Part shown: one piece after another, positions 44,220 through 59,587 of the stretch | Layout: every line of letters starts with the position of its first letter | Numbering within the stretch: position 1 is the stretch's first letter | Position numbers and translations under genes: made by a program | The notes under the pieces: model-generated | What the model saw: the letters and a program-made list of their open reading frames with translations, nothing else | What the model was told of the DNA's origin: nothing | Database searches by the model: none | Source: Eledone cirrhosa | Lineage: Eukaryota | Length of the DNA stretch: 64,000 bases | Direction of reading: 5' to 3' | Assembly (NCBI GenBank): GCA_964016885.1 | Contig: OZ024740.1 | Location: 413,912,001 to 413,976,000 of the forward strand

Positions 44220-44603
44220 TTATATAAGACTATTCAACGGAATTCGTAATATAATCGCCTTGTCTCTCCCCAGCGCCGGCGGACAGAATGGAGAAAGCGT
44301 TTCCCCGGAGACGCGCAGGAAAAGCCATTCCAATTGGCGGGGCTCACACCTGCGGCTGGCCAGCTCAGCGCCTATGGTGGTGAGTAGGGAGGTATCTCTA
44401 GGGTCGAGGACACCAGAAGTCTCCACTGCTAGGGGTGCAACCGCAAACCTGTCGGAGAGCGACCGGTATTTCAGTTTGGCCTCCTCAGACCGACATGCAG
44501 CAGAACCTGGGTTAGTCAGAGACTGCACCAGGTTGTGGCTGCAGAAAGTGTTGGTGCAAATGGCATCCCAGACGAGGGGTTTGCCACCGCCGAACGGGAA
44601 GAT
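44220..44603 (-). pseudogene. CRE-like non-LTR retrotransposon RLE-domain fragment
   Basis: PFGGGKPLVWDAICTNTF..GSAA..EEAKLKY..PLAVETSG..LEWLFLRVS matches the C-terminal RLE pattern of CRE-type elements. Confidence 0.75.
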
Positions 44604-44764
44604 GGTCGTGGTTGTGATTAAGCAGCTTGTACTGGATTACATGGTACAGTAACTGACAGAAGCCTGACCTAGTATACTATGTTAACTAACTATTAGTGAC
44701 TCCATTCTCTCTCTTTTGTCTTTGTCACCCCCATCTGTATCGGCATTCTCCATCATGATATACT

Positions 44765-47756
44765 TCCACCACTACATACTACCACCACCACCACCACCAC
44801 TAGATACTACCACCACAACCACCACAACAACCACCACACCACCACACCACCACACCACAACAACCACCACACCACCACAAACACCACCACACCACACCAC
44901 AACAACCACCACACCACCACAACCACCACCACACCACACCACCACAACCACCACCACCACCACAACCACCACAACCATCACCACCATCACCACCACACCA
45001 ACACCACCACAACCACCACAACCACCACCACCATCACAACCACCACAACCACCACCACCATCACCACCACACCACCACCGCCACAACCACCGCAACCACC
45101 ACCACCACAGAACCACCACCACAACCACCACCACCACCACCACCACACCACACCACCACAACCATCACACCACAACCACAAGCACCACCACCACTACAAC
45201 CACCACAACCACCCCCACCACCACCACAACCACCACCACGACCACCATAACCACTACAACCACCACCACCACCACAACCACCACCACCGCCACCACTACC
45301 ACCACCAACACCACTAAAACCACCACACCACCACAACAACCACCACACCACCACAACCACCACTACATACTACCACCACCTCCACCACCACAACCACCAC
45401 CACACCACCACACCACAACAACCACCACACCACCACAACCACCACCACACCACCCCACCACAACCACCACCCCACCACAACCACCACACCATCACCACCA
45501 TCACCACCACACCAACACCACCACAACCACCACAACCACCACCACACAACCACCACCTCAACCACCACAACCACCACACCACCACAACCGCCACCACAAC
45601 CACCACAATCACCACCACAACCACCACAACCACCACACCACCACAACCACCACAACCACAACACGACCACAACCACAACCATCACAACCACCACCACACC
45701 ACCACACCACACCACACCACACCACACCACACCACACCACCACACCACCACAACCACCACAACCACCACAACCACCACAACCACCAACACAACCACCAGC
45801 ACAACCACCAAACCACACCACACCACACCACCACAACCACCACACCACCACAACCACCACCACAACCACCACAACCACCACACCACCACAACCACCACAA
45901 CCACCACCACAACCACCACAACCACCACAACCACCACCACAACCACCACAACCACCACCACACCACACAACACCACAACCACCACATCACCACAACCACC
46001 ACCACAACCACCACAACCACCACACCACCACAACCACCACAACCACCACCACAACCACCACACCACACCACACCACACCACCACAACCACCACACCACCA
46101 CAACCACCACCACAACCACCACAACCACCACCACACCACCACACCACACCACATCACCACAACCACCACCACAACCGCCACAACCACCACACCACCACAA
46201 CCACCACAACCACCACCACAACCACCACACCACCACAACCACCACCACAACCACCACAACCACCACACCACCACAACCACCACCACAACCACCACAACCA
46301 CAACACGACCACAACCACCACACCACCACAACCACCACAACCACCACCACAACCATCACAACCACCACCACACCACCACACCACACCACACCACCACAAC
46401 CACCACACCACCACAACCACCACAACCACCACAACCACCACAACCACCACCACAACCACCAAACCACACCACACCACACCACCAAACCACCACACCACCA
46501 CAACCACCACCACAACCACCACAACCACCACAACCACCACCACAACCACCACAACCACCACCACAACCACCACAACCACCACAACCACCACCACAACCAC
46601 CACAACCACCACCACACCACACAACACCACACCACCACAACCACCACCACAACCACCACAACCACCACACCACCACAACCACCACAACCACCACCACAAC
46701 CACCACAACCACCACCACAACCACCACAACCACCACCACACCACACAACACCACAACCACCACATCACCACAACCACCACCACAACCACCACAACCACCA
46801 CCACAACCACCACACCACACCACACCACCACAACCACCACACCACCACAACCACCACCACAACCACCACAACCACCACCACACCACCACACCACACCACA
46901 TCACCACAACCACCACCACAACCACCACAACCAATACACCACCACAACCACCACAACCACCACCACAACCACCACACCACACCACACCACACCACCACAA
47001 CCACCACACCACCACAACCACCACCACAACCACCACAACCACCACACCACCACAACCACCACCACAACCATCACAACAACCACCACACCACCACACCACA
47101 CCACACCACCACAACCACCACAACCACCACAACCACCACAACCACAACCACAACCACCAAACTACACCACACCACACCACCACAACCACCACACCACCAC
47201 AACCACAACCACAACCACCACAACCACCACAACCACCACACCACCACAACCACCACAACCACCACCACAACCACCACAACCACCACAACCACCACCACAA
47301 CCACCACAACCACCACCACACCACACAACACCACGCCACCACAACCACCACATCACCACAACCACCACCACAACCACCACAACCACCACACCACCACCGC
47401 AACCACCACACCACACCACACCACACCACCACAACCACCACAACCACCACACCGCCACCGCAACCACCACACCACACCACACCACACCACCACAACCACC
47501 ACACCACCACAACCACCACCGCAACCACCACAACCACCACCACACCACCGCACCACACCACACCACCACAACTACCACACCACCACAACCACCACCACAC
47601 CACACAACACCACACCACCACAACCACCACATCACCACAACCACCACCACAACCACCACAACCACCACCACACCACCGCACCACACCACACCACCACAAC
47701 TACCACAGCACCACAACCACCACCACAACCACCACAACCACCACCACCACACTACA
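44765..47756. repeat. ~3 kb complex CCA/CAA/CACCA satellite
   Basis: Plus strand is almost only C and A; mixed 3, 5, 9 and 12 nt units. Confidence 0.97.
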
Positions 47757-47861
47757 CGTTTAGCACCAAATAAAATAAAAACTATATACCCCTGTATAAG
47801 GAATTTTTACATTCCAACACCGCTAATTCACACAACGCATACATTAGAGAGTGGCAACACG

Positions 47862-48092
47862 TTAACCCTTTAGCATTTATACCTGCCATATCCAACCAGA
47901 ATTCTCGCACCTCTTTCTGCTCAAACCAGCCATAACTGACTGCTCATACTTATGTTAAGGTATTTTTCTCAAAATAAATATTATCAAAATAAATATTATC
48001 AAAATCTCATAGATTCGATATTATGTGAGATAAAGCCTTTTATGTGAAAGTACAATAGTAAATATAGAGTAATGTAAATGCTAAAGGGTTAA
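47862..48092. mobile_element. piggyBac-type MITE with TTAA target-site duplication
   Basis: TTAA-CCCTTTAGCATTTA ... TAAATGCTAAAGGG-TTAA; perfect 14 bp TIRs. Confidence 0.85.
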
Positions 48093-48403
48093 TGTTACAC
48101 AAACAACGCAACACATCCCTCACGCTGAGACATTACACAACTTATATGGAACATATTTATCACACAATAAAATATCACTCATATTCTACATAACAGAACA
48201 AACACTAAAATAGCGTTAGAAGCAACAAGCTAAATCCCGTAACAAAACACAACTGATGGAGCAGGCGTGACTGTCTCTCCTGTTTGGTGGCTTTTGCGAT
48301 CGATGGCTGGTTTAGAGGGATTATGAGTGCATGTTTACGGTGTTTTCTGGATGCTTTCTTTACGGGTTAAGGGAATCAACAATCTTATTCACACACACAT
48401 ATG

Positions 48404-48770
<367 letters not shown>

Positions 48771-48793
48771 ATATATATATATATATATATATA

Positions 48794-48993
48794 TTAAAAT
48801 AACAGATTAAAGTTTAAGCAAAAAATCGCTGCTTTCTCCCTTAACGGGATCTTCTGAAACTAAAGCAGCGATTCTTTGCTTAAACGTTAATCTATTTTAA
48901 TAAATATTTGCTCTACGATTCTTATATATTTGATATATATTTATCCTTATCGAGCCCTTTTGGGATTTTAGTCTTCAAATTTATTATTATTAC
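48794..48993. repeat. Fold-back repeat family in (TA)n
   Basis: Hairpin ttaagcaaaaaatcgctgcttt / aaagcagcgattctttgcttaa. Relatives at 36213-36340 and 60875-61015; the latter shows GAAA-gca..tgc-TT (HHR 3' half). Confidence 0.7.
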
Positions 48994-49085
<92 letters not shown>

Positions 49086-49164
49086 GAGATTATATTTAAT
49101 TTGTTGGGATTCAACAAGCTTAAAAATGTTATAACTGATATAAAGCACTCAACAATTAGTGGAG

Positions 49165-49209
<45 letters not shown>

Positions 49210-49231
49210 TATACACGGTAAATTGTGGACT

Positions 49232-50503
<1,272 letters not shown>

Positions 50504-50991
50504 CGATAAATTAATGGAGCCATAGACTATCGCTCTTCTATTCCCTTATAACAGACTTTCCTCTCTCTCTCTATTTGGTTGAACACACTTCTCGGAGCGG
50601 TTTGGGCTGCCCTTTCTAGTAGCTCGTTCCTCAGAGGCCACTGGTTACTGCACTAGGCACGCTATGAATTCTCTCTCCCGCGTGTGGCTGGATGGTCGCT
50701 TTTGATTCTATTAGAGTTGTCTGAAATGTATAGCCTTACACGCGCTGATGAACCATGGGCTAATCATTTCTGTCAACAACTTATTTGGCGATACAGATCT
50801 TTTTAGATTTGTACGTGTGTGTTAGATAGTTATCGAGATATGTATTTACACTTTAATTTATATTTTTAATTATTGTGTGACTACTCTGCCTTCCATAGGC
50901 TTTAGATTCCATACACTGGTGGTTTTTCCCTGTTTGATTGATGGCGCACTATCTCTCTCTCTCTCTAGTGTGTTATCTTTTCAACATATTG

Positions 50992-51067
<76 letters not shown>

Positions 51068-51329
51068 TGTTATACTTGGGGAGGATCATATTGTTGTATA
51101 TATATAGTAATGATAATAATAAATGTGAAGACTAAAATATATATATCTAAATATACACAGTTCAAGAGTAACCAATCTTAAAGAGAGAGATGGAGATAGG
51201 AGATGAGATATGAGAGGAGAGATTGGTGAATTAGTTAGAAGCCAAATCGTAAAGGCATGTGCTCAATGTGCAATATGCAGTAGAAAGCAGCTAGGTGGCT
51301 GGGCTCATGCAGAAGTTAAGTGCGCAGAG

Positions 51330-53757
51330 CTGGAAATATTCATTAGTTAAGCAAAACAAGACCACAAATTTCACAAGGAAGACATTATTAAAAGATTGTC
51401 AACATATTTTAGTTTGATGTAAGGAATGTAGAGAATAATATTAATAATAATAATATTAATAATAATAATGTCCGTTTACAATTGTTTCGCTACTCCATAT
51501 ACTATTTCTGGATCAGATGACTATATATCAGAATTGATCTGGTTCAGTTGAAAATAATTAACATATTTAAAAGACAGAGTGGTTCATCGGAACTTCAAAG
51601 GAATATAAATTAAAATAATGAGAGAATGTTACATAATATAATGTTCCATATATTGGTTTTTCACTATGGTGTCTTGGTTGCGTCAGTTGTCAGCCAGAAT
51701 CAAGCAGTATTCATCTGTCGAGGCTGCATTGTGTGAGATCTGCCTATGGGTAACAAGATGGCTGCCAAAGGATATATTTACCTTACTAATTAGAGGGTGG
51801 CTTCAGAGGAAGTAACTCCTCGAGAGATTAGAAATTGTGGGTATTTATAGTTAAGTGCTAATTTTTAATTTTTTTAATTGAGAGACAATGTAGGGCAGGT
51901 AACTTATAATTATCTAAGTTGTTCATAGCTATTTAACTTATTAGCTACAAGTAAAAATGGGGCTGGATGACTAAGTTGGGTCAAATATTCTATTGGCGAA
52001 GGAATTAGCCCTTCGATGTTGACAGCTAATAGTTACTTCCGTTCTATCGTTAATCGGTAGAGGTCGTGATAGAGTTATGTAATATGCTTCTGTAATACAG
52101 AGATCACAAGATTTTCTTCGTCCATTGAACGGTTGGGCCCTAGCCACGAGATCCCATTTTAGTGAGTGTTGAACTTTGTTTAATTTAAGGTTTTTAATGA
52201 GCCTAGCTAGCGATGTCGAACATCTGTTGCTAGGGTCTCGGAAGGAAAAAGAGTGCGCGTTATAGCGTAACTTAAAAGGGTTAGAGGTAGACCCGATATA
52301 AGAGCTGGTATTCGAAGCAGTTTTAACCGTGCACCTATAGACTATGCTGGGTGTCAGGCAGTGTCCATTTAATGGGCATGCATTGGGGTAACGGCAGTTA
52401 TCGTTGCTTCTGCGGTTAGTGAGAGTAGGGTAGTTTAACCTAAGCGGTAGGTCAGTGCTAGAAGGATTAGATGGGGGAGGTGTGCTACTAGTGTAATTAT
52501 TGGTGTAGTGGCGTGGTGTATTTGATAGGGGTGGTGCTACCGCGGTGTGGGAGTTATACTGTCTTAGTTTATGATGGTTACTGAATGCGATGTGGCTAGC
52601 TAGGTTAGGTGTTGTGGAGAATGAGATTTTAATGTTATTTTTATTAAAGAGTTTGTAATATCTATGGTTGGGGTGGAAATGTTTAGATAGGATAGAGAAG
52701 AAGCGTTTGGGGATATTAGTGGCTAGATTAGATGAGAATGGGGGGGGGGGTTAAGCCAGGTGATATTTGTAGGTCTATTCCTTCTACGGGTTCTAGTGGA
52801 GTTGGTAGTGGCTTTCCTAGGGTTATTATTACCTGGGGATTTGTTATTTGTCATCCCATTTCTCATTCCTATTCTAGGGTTGATTTTTAGTTTGCTACTT
52901 GGAGTGGGCAGCAGGCCGCTGCCACCATTAAACTTCCCTGTATAGGTGCTGTTACTGCTAAAATTCCGGCGAATCTGGCTATATGCTTAGGTATTTCTAG
53001 TTCCAGTGTTAAGTTTATTATGGTGAATTGCTGTGTTATGGCATTTAGGTATGTAATAAATTGATTGTTCATAACCAGATTCAGAAAGTGCCTTATTATA
53101 ATATTGTGCATGGTTTATAAATATCTCCTCATTTGCTGATAGCATTGAGATCCTATACGAGATAGATTTGATTACTGCTCTGATGACTGCCGGTGGGTGG
53201 TTAGAGTGTGGGCTAATATATGTGAGTATTTCACTTGGTTTATGGTAAGGGTAATATAAGTTATTGTTGAGATCCAGGGTGACGTCTAGGAAGTTTATTA
53301 CTTTTATGGTTCGGCTAATTAGTGATAGAGAGACCGTTATTTTTAAAGAATCTATGTAATTGTTTTTTAGCAAATCGATGCCTCGATTAGTGCAATTGTG
53401 GACTGCAAATATGGCGTCGTCCCTGTATATCCCGCCTTGCAAGGGTTGGATTTCGGCTCTGATGTTATGTAATAGGTAAATTCCAACTAAATCGTTGATT
53501 TGCGCGGAGTCACTTGAGCCCATCGTAATGTCAAAGTTGTCTGTTCTATCTTTTCTAGTCCAGAGTGCTCCGTTGAATTCAATGATAGTCTGCCTAGCCA
53601 TAAGTATGATGTTAATCTCATTATTGGTTATGTCCGAGTTGGTGCTGGCTAAGGTTAATGCTTTATTGAGCAGTTCCGGGGTTATTGACGCGTAATAGCT
53701 GTCGATGTCAAATTCGATGAACCTCATAGATTGCTTGGACCTTAGATCAGATAACCA
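51330..53757 (-). mobile_element. 5'-truncated Penelope-like element G (RT, linker, GIY-YIG, pLTR); frameshifted
   Basis: FIEFDIDSYYASI..FDITMGSSDSAQINDLVG..GGIYRDDAI..INFLDVTLDL..SNHPP; then NCRYPNACPLNGHCL..IVYRC..YIGST..FKLRYNAH..LKWD..CDLCITE at ~52080-52400. Confidence 0.93.
51474..51593 (-). ncRNA. Hammerhead-like motif with extended (95 nt) stem II, U4C
   Basis: gtt-CCGATGA-accactc...gagtagc-GAAAC-AATT-GTA-aac. Confidence 0.55.
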
Positions 53758-53758
53758 T

Positions 53759-54131
53759 ATCCAGAAATATTATATGGAGTAGCGAAACAATTGTAAACGG
53801 ACATTATTATTATTAATATTATTATTATTATTATTATGAACTCAGATCGTAAAGGGACGTAACTATGCCGCCATGCTTTCCAGCATAGTTACGTCCCTTT
53901 ATGATCTGAGTTCAAATCCCGCCGAGGTTGACTTTGCCTTTCATCCTTACGGGGTCGATAAAATAAAGTACCAGTAATGCACTGGATAATTGCTGGCCTT
54001 GTGCCTAAAGTAGAAATAATAATTATTATATTATTCTCTACATTCCTTACGTCAAACTAAAATATGTTGACAATCTTTTAATAATGTCTTCCTTGTGAAA
54101 TTTGTGGTCTTGTTTTGCTTAACTAATGAAT
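53759..54131 (+). mobile_element. Inverted partial pLTR of PLE G interrupted by a SINE A insertion (53837-54020)
   Basis: 53759-53836 plus 54020-54131 is the reverse complement of ~51337-51514. The SINE sits in the ATT run and starts with a ~30 bp inverted piece of itself. Confidence 0.88.
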
Positions 54132-54734
54132 TTATGTAAATATATATATATACGGGACGGGGTGTCATTGCGTGTAGGGAACTTTGTTTTCGTCTCCTGT
54201 CCACAGTAAGGTAGTGAAAGGATTGTTAGGGCCACAGTGTGAAGGTTTATTTCTTGATCTCCAAGGCAATAAATACCAGTAATAAAATAGGAGTTGAATG
54301 AATCGACTTAGATTTGTTGACTATATGCGGATGTAAGCGAACGTCTATTGTTTAGTCGAAGGTGGGCTTGTTCACTTAGATTTTGCATGCCTTTACTAAT
54401 AGATGAAGTTTATATTGAACCTGAACATTTTTTGGTATAATATCTATTGTATTGACAAACGAGCAGTTTTGGAAGAATGCAATTATATGTTTAATATGAT
54501 TTTATAATTATGTAACCAAATGTTTCACAAGTCATTTCGTGGCTGAGATACAATATGTGAGAGGAAAAGAGAAAAGAAAAAAGCGTCAGGTGGACTGGAC
54601 AAGAGAGTTTGTCAGCTTGCTAACTAAGGGAAAATAAGTAATTGAAATAACTATACAATATCCACAGAAAGAAAACAGACAGAATTGGCGTTGGATAGTT
54701 CATATTATAATGTCTCAATGTCTGTGTATTTCTG

Positions 54735-55080
54735 CGTATATATGTGCCTGAGTGTGAACCTGTGCCTGAGTGTGAACCTGTGTCTGTATGTTCGTGAGTG
54801 TGAACGTGTGTATATATGTGCCTGAGTGTGAACGTGTGTCTGTATGTGCGTGAGTGTGAACCTGTGTCTGTATGTGCGTGAGTGTGAACGTGAGTTTGTA
54901 TGTGCCTGAGTGTGAACGTGTGTCTGTATGTGCGTGAGTGTGAACATGTGTCTGTATGTGCGTGAGTGTGAACGTGTGTTTGTATGTGCCTGAGTGTGAA
55001 CATGTGTCTCTATGTGCGTGAGTGTGAACGTGTGTCTGTATGTGCCTGAGTGTGAACATGTGTCTGTATGTGCGTGTATG
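54735..55080. repeat. 28 bp minisatellite, ~12 copies
   Basis: Unit tgtgc(c/g)tgagtgtgaac(g/a/c)tgtgtctgta. Confidence 0.95.
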
Positions 55081-55774
55081 GGTGAGCGCACTTATGAACA
55101 AAGTATGCGTGTTAGACGTATTCAAGTTTGCATTGATACAACTCTTTGATAAAAGTGTTTACAATCAATACTACACATTGCCTTTGAAATATATTAACAT
55201 GAAAAGCAGTGCATACATATATGACAGTGTAATGTTGCATATAGCTACACATACGTTCTTATAGTTTTGCTAAACATATTTCTACCACACACACGCACCC
55301 GCACACACACACTCACACATATATAAGTGTGAGTGTGTGTGTGTGTATGTGTGTGTGTACGTACGTATACGCACTTGTGCGCATGTGTGTGTATGTGTTT
55401 GTGTGTGTATTTCGTGTTTGTATGAATATATACTTAAATTCATTACATCGTTACATTACATCTAACGAGAGAGGAAAGGGATGAAGCTAGATTGAGGAAA
55501 AAGTCAGAAAATAAAACAGAGATAAAGACAGACAGACTGACGGGTGGACAGTCCAACATACTCGCATATTTCTTCTCTTCTAGTTTATAAGATTTGTATT
55601 GGCAAGAATCGAGTTTAATGTTCAAAGCTAAGAAGAAATAATTTATCTTCATATTTATTTCAAACGACTACAGACTTGTTTACTTGCTTCAACAGTGAAT
55701 CAAAAGCAATATCTACAGAGATATGGATATTACAGTTGTTGTTGCTATCTGTTGTTGATGCTGTACTTATTATT

Positions 55775-55838
55775 ATTGTTGAGTTGTTGTTGCTGTTGTT
55801 GCTGTTGTTGCTGTTGTTGTTGTTGCTGTTGTTGCTGC

Positions 55839-55869
<31 letters not shown>

Positions 55870-55920
55870 GCTGTTGTTGCTGCTGTTGTTGTTGTTGTTG
55901 CTGTTTTGTTGTTGTTGTGT
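55775..55920. repeat. (GTT/GCT)n trinucleotide repeat
   Basis: Direct reading. Confidence 0.95.
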
Positions 55921-56699
55921 TAGCCTCTGGTCAGCGATGATTGAACAGACCAGGCATGCCAACTGTAATGATCCCGTCTTCTTCCTAGGATTACATTATT
56001 CAATATATTTTTCATTCTCAAGATATGATTTGTGAAGGATTTGGATGCCATTTTTATTGTGACGTCCTTACCTGCTTTATTCATTTCATAGGACTACGAT
56101 GATGTATGTGTATATTGCCCCAAATATGGGAGCTGTAGTCATTTCTTAGCATAAGTCACTCATCATACGTTTGATAGTGTAGAATTCATCACCTGTCTCC
56201 CGGGTGTTTGATATTTTACGATACTCCATGGATATATCATAGGCTTTATGTTGTAAGACATTTCAGTTATAGTTGATAAGCTTGATAGTATAAACTAGAA
56301 CTCAAATCTCCGCACTATATAATCTGAAATATTGGTGTGTTACCGACAGAATTCAAAGTTGTGATAATAGCATCTCGTTGGCATTAATATGAGGTTTTAA
56401 ATCCACAATAAAACTCAAAACTCCCCGATACATCTCAATAGATAGTTCGTTAGTTTACAGTGCTGACAGTGCTTAAAGCTTATCGATCTTTCTCGATCTG
56501 TTAATTGACTGTTGTTCGCAAGAAAATGTTTGCCTATTCGGTAAGGTCCGATAGTTGATACATTTACGAATTTTGTTAAAAAATATGTATATTTCCAATG
56601 ATGTCTGCCCACAATGGGGTTTCTTTCTAATGGTTAAATCTATTTCAACCGACTTATTCAACTAATATTATGTCATCGATTGGAATAACAGGCCAAAAG

Positions 56700-56791
<92 letters not shown>

Positions 56792-59399
56792 GGATTATTA
56801 CCAGTTATGGGAAAGATAAAACTGCTATTAGAAAAAAATCGAATATATAAATATATATATAAATAAATAAATAAATAATTATATATATATATAATTAGAC
56901 AATACAATCCTTCAGTTTACTGGGGAGAGAGAGCAGGCTGAGGAAATAATCGCACACATACAAAATATCTCTTTTTCTTTCTCAGTCAAATGGATTTACA
57001 TTTCAGGAGAATAACCTCATTTCACGCTATTTGTTAAGCAAATAAAATCAAGCGACCGGGATTCGAACTCTTAAACTCCAGGGATCTGAATATCATTCGT
57101 ATTGTAAGTAACAATACTAAAATAGATTTGTCTTGCAATATTATTGGGGATTTCAGATGTTCGATATTTACTGCTTAATCGAAATGTGCTAAAGAAAATT
57201 ACATTCTAATCTATCGAATGTGTCTCTTATCATATGTTCGATTAAAGGTTCAATTTTATATCGAATAGTACGATTCCCAATTTTGTTTTCAGTGCTAAAG
57301 AAATGCTTTCTTGGAGTGAAGTATGTTACATTATCGATGGAAACCATCACTGATTTTGATTAAGTACTTTTTTTTTATCCTATTCAATTCGGATTTATTC
57401 AGAGAACTTTAGTCAGATAATTCTTAGTTTGTTGATACTGGTCACGTTTGCAATAAGACTGTTTAGTACATGCTTTACAGTTTTCGAATATAACATACTT
57501 CCATCTGACGTTTTCAATCTTAGTTCCTGCAGAGATTCATGGACTTTTTGGGGCGATTAAATGCAGCATTAGTCAGTTGTTTTTAACAGCATTTTTTTTC
57601 TGACATCAACAAAATTAGAGTTCTTTCACAATTAGAATAAGTTTTTATCACCACGTAATAGTAATTTATTGATCTAAATTGGGAACTAAATCAATATATT
57701 TACTATGTTGTACATGTTTGCTTTTGTTAACAAACCTAGAGGCAGCCATAGAATTAAACGTTCAACATGTGAATATAAGGAACATAACTTCTCTCAAATG
57801 AATGTTTTATGAAACGCTGCATTGCAACTTTCGCGAGAACAGGAAAGCTTAATGCAGTTCATTAGCAGAAAACCATCCGAGTAGTCAGCGGTTCAATTTC
57901 TGTCATTGCCAAGCCTCTTGTTTTAGACTAGAATTGCTGTCACGATGACGCAGTTGACTTCATTAAGGATTCCCGTGCTCGCAAGAGTAAACATTAGTGG
58001 GGCTGTATATAATCAATTAATCATGTATTTTCTTAAATTGTCGTGATAATGTCAACTTCATAAGTAGAAATATAACATTTGCGAGGCTAGCTTCCTCCAG
58101 GTTCATTTCATAACTTTGAATCTTCAATATGCCCAGGTAGGCCGTAAGAAAGTGCGTTTATAATTGATCGATTCAATTCTCAACATCAGTGAAATGTTCA
58201 TTATGAAAAACAATCAAAGAAAATTGTGATTATGGTGTTACTTCAATACAGAAATATTCGACATTTAAAATATACCTTATATAGTTGTTACGTTCAACCT
58301 AATTGTTAATAATTTACAAATATATTCGTTCCAATTAGACAGGTCGCAACATTTCTCTGTTATTAGAAAGATAGATGCCTTACGAATAAACTGATATTTT
58401 AAATATATAGTTCAACTACTCTTGTTCACGCACAGATTTCCCTATTGGTAATAAAGTATATCATGCTTAATTTTCGGTCGATTTATAGTGCTCTGAACTT
58501 TAGATAGCCAACGGTTTTCCCTTAAAATCATATTGAACTTAAATAACCGCTTGACTCTAATTAATATTTTATCTCTAGATAATCCAAATGGTTGAGAATT
58601 TTTTTTTCTGAATATATTTTTTGTAGTTATTCTTACATGTTTATAACCAAGGGTTACTACTTCATTGATTGGAAAATAATTTCCATTTCACTTGAAAGTT
58701 ATAAAACTTGCAATTATTAAACTTCAAAGAATGGATGATTAGACGTGTCATAGTGTGAAAGTTAACAAACACATGCAAGTCATATCAGACATAGTAGGAA
58801 AACTCTGAAATTAATTAAACATTACCTAATTTACTCGGATATGTTTAGTCTAAACCGGTTCTAGGAAGAATTAAAAAAATATTTATTATCAATGTTCGTC
58901 TTCTTTTCAACTTGGGTTTAAACCGAAATATGGAAATGAATTTTAAAGAAACAAATATCTTTAAATAAGAGTGTTTTCATTGTGAAATTGAAAAAGGACT
59001 TATGAAAGGTTGTACATGTAACTAAACATTGTATTATCAGAGAAATGTACATTGGTGAGATGGAATATTCTTGTGGGAAAGAGTATTTTAATAGCTAGAA
59101 TAGTGCTCTATGTATGCACAAGGGGTGGATAAACAGAAGCAGCACAGTATCGGAAATATTATATGCGTTGTTTCTTTCTCTTTCATTGCATTCTTATTTT
59201 ACTTTTCGCTAGGGCCTACTTTGCGTTTCACATTTTCTGGGAAGATAAAACACGTGTCACGTACTCTAATTGAACTATTTAACTGTTCTCTCTCGTGGCG
59301 TTTATATCAGATCTGCCAACCTCTAAAAACCCAAACAGGGAGTATTGTGAAAAAAGTGTCCCGAAACCGGGAGAAATTAGGCAAAATGGGGATATTTTA

Positions 59400-59587
59400 C
59401 ATAATTGTTTCCACTTTTGGCACAAGGCCATCAATTACCCAGTACATTACTGGTACTTTATTTTATCGACCTCGTAAGGATGAAGGGCAAAGTGAACCTC
59501 GGCGGGATTTGAACTCAGACCGTAAAGGGACGTAACTATGCTGGAAAGCATGGCGTCCGACCCTCAACCGATACTGCCAATCCACCA
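59400..59587 (-). mobile_element. SINE family A
   Basis: Full reverse-complement match to the family consensus. Confidence 0.9.

Noticed and set aside
44716-47763. 1015 aa Pro/Thr/His-rich ORF and the many antisense Val/Trp/Gly/Cys ORFs
   Set aside because: Translation of a C/A satellite; the peptide type switches with indels, and the start is not ATG.
50740-50805. CTGATGA-acca...tggc-GATAC hammerhead-like motif
   Set aside because: GAAA is mutated, stem III pairing is broken and there is no stem I; at best a dead copy.
55660-56035. Poly-N, poly-L and poly-C ORFs
   Set aside because: Three frames of a (GTT/GCT)n tract.
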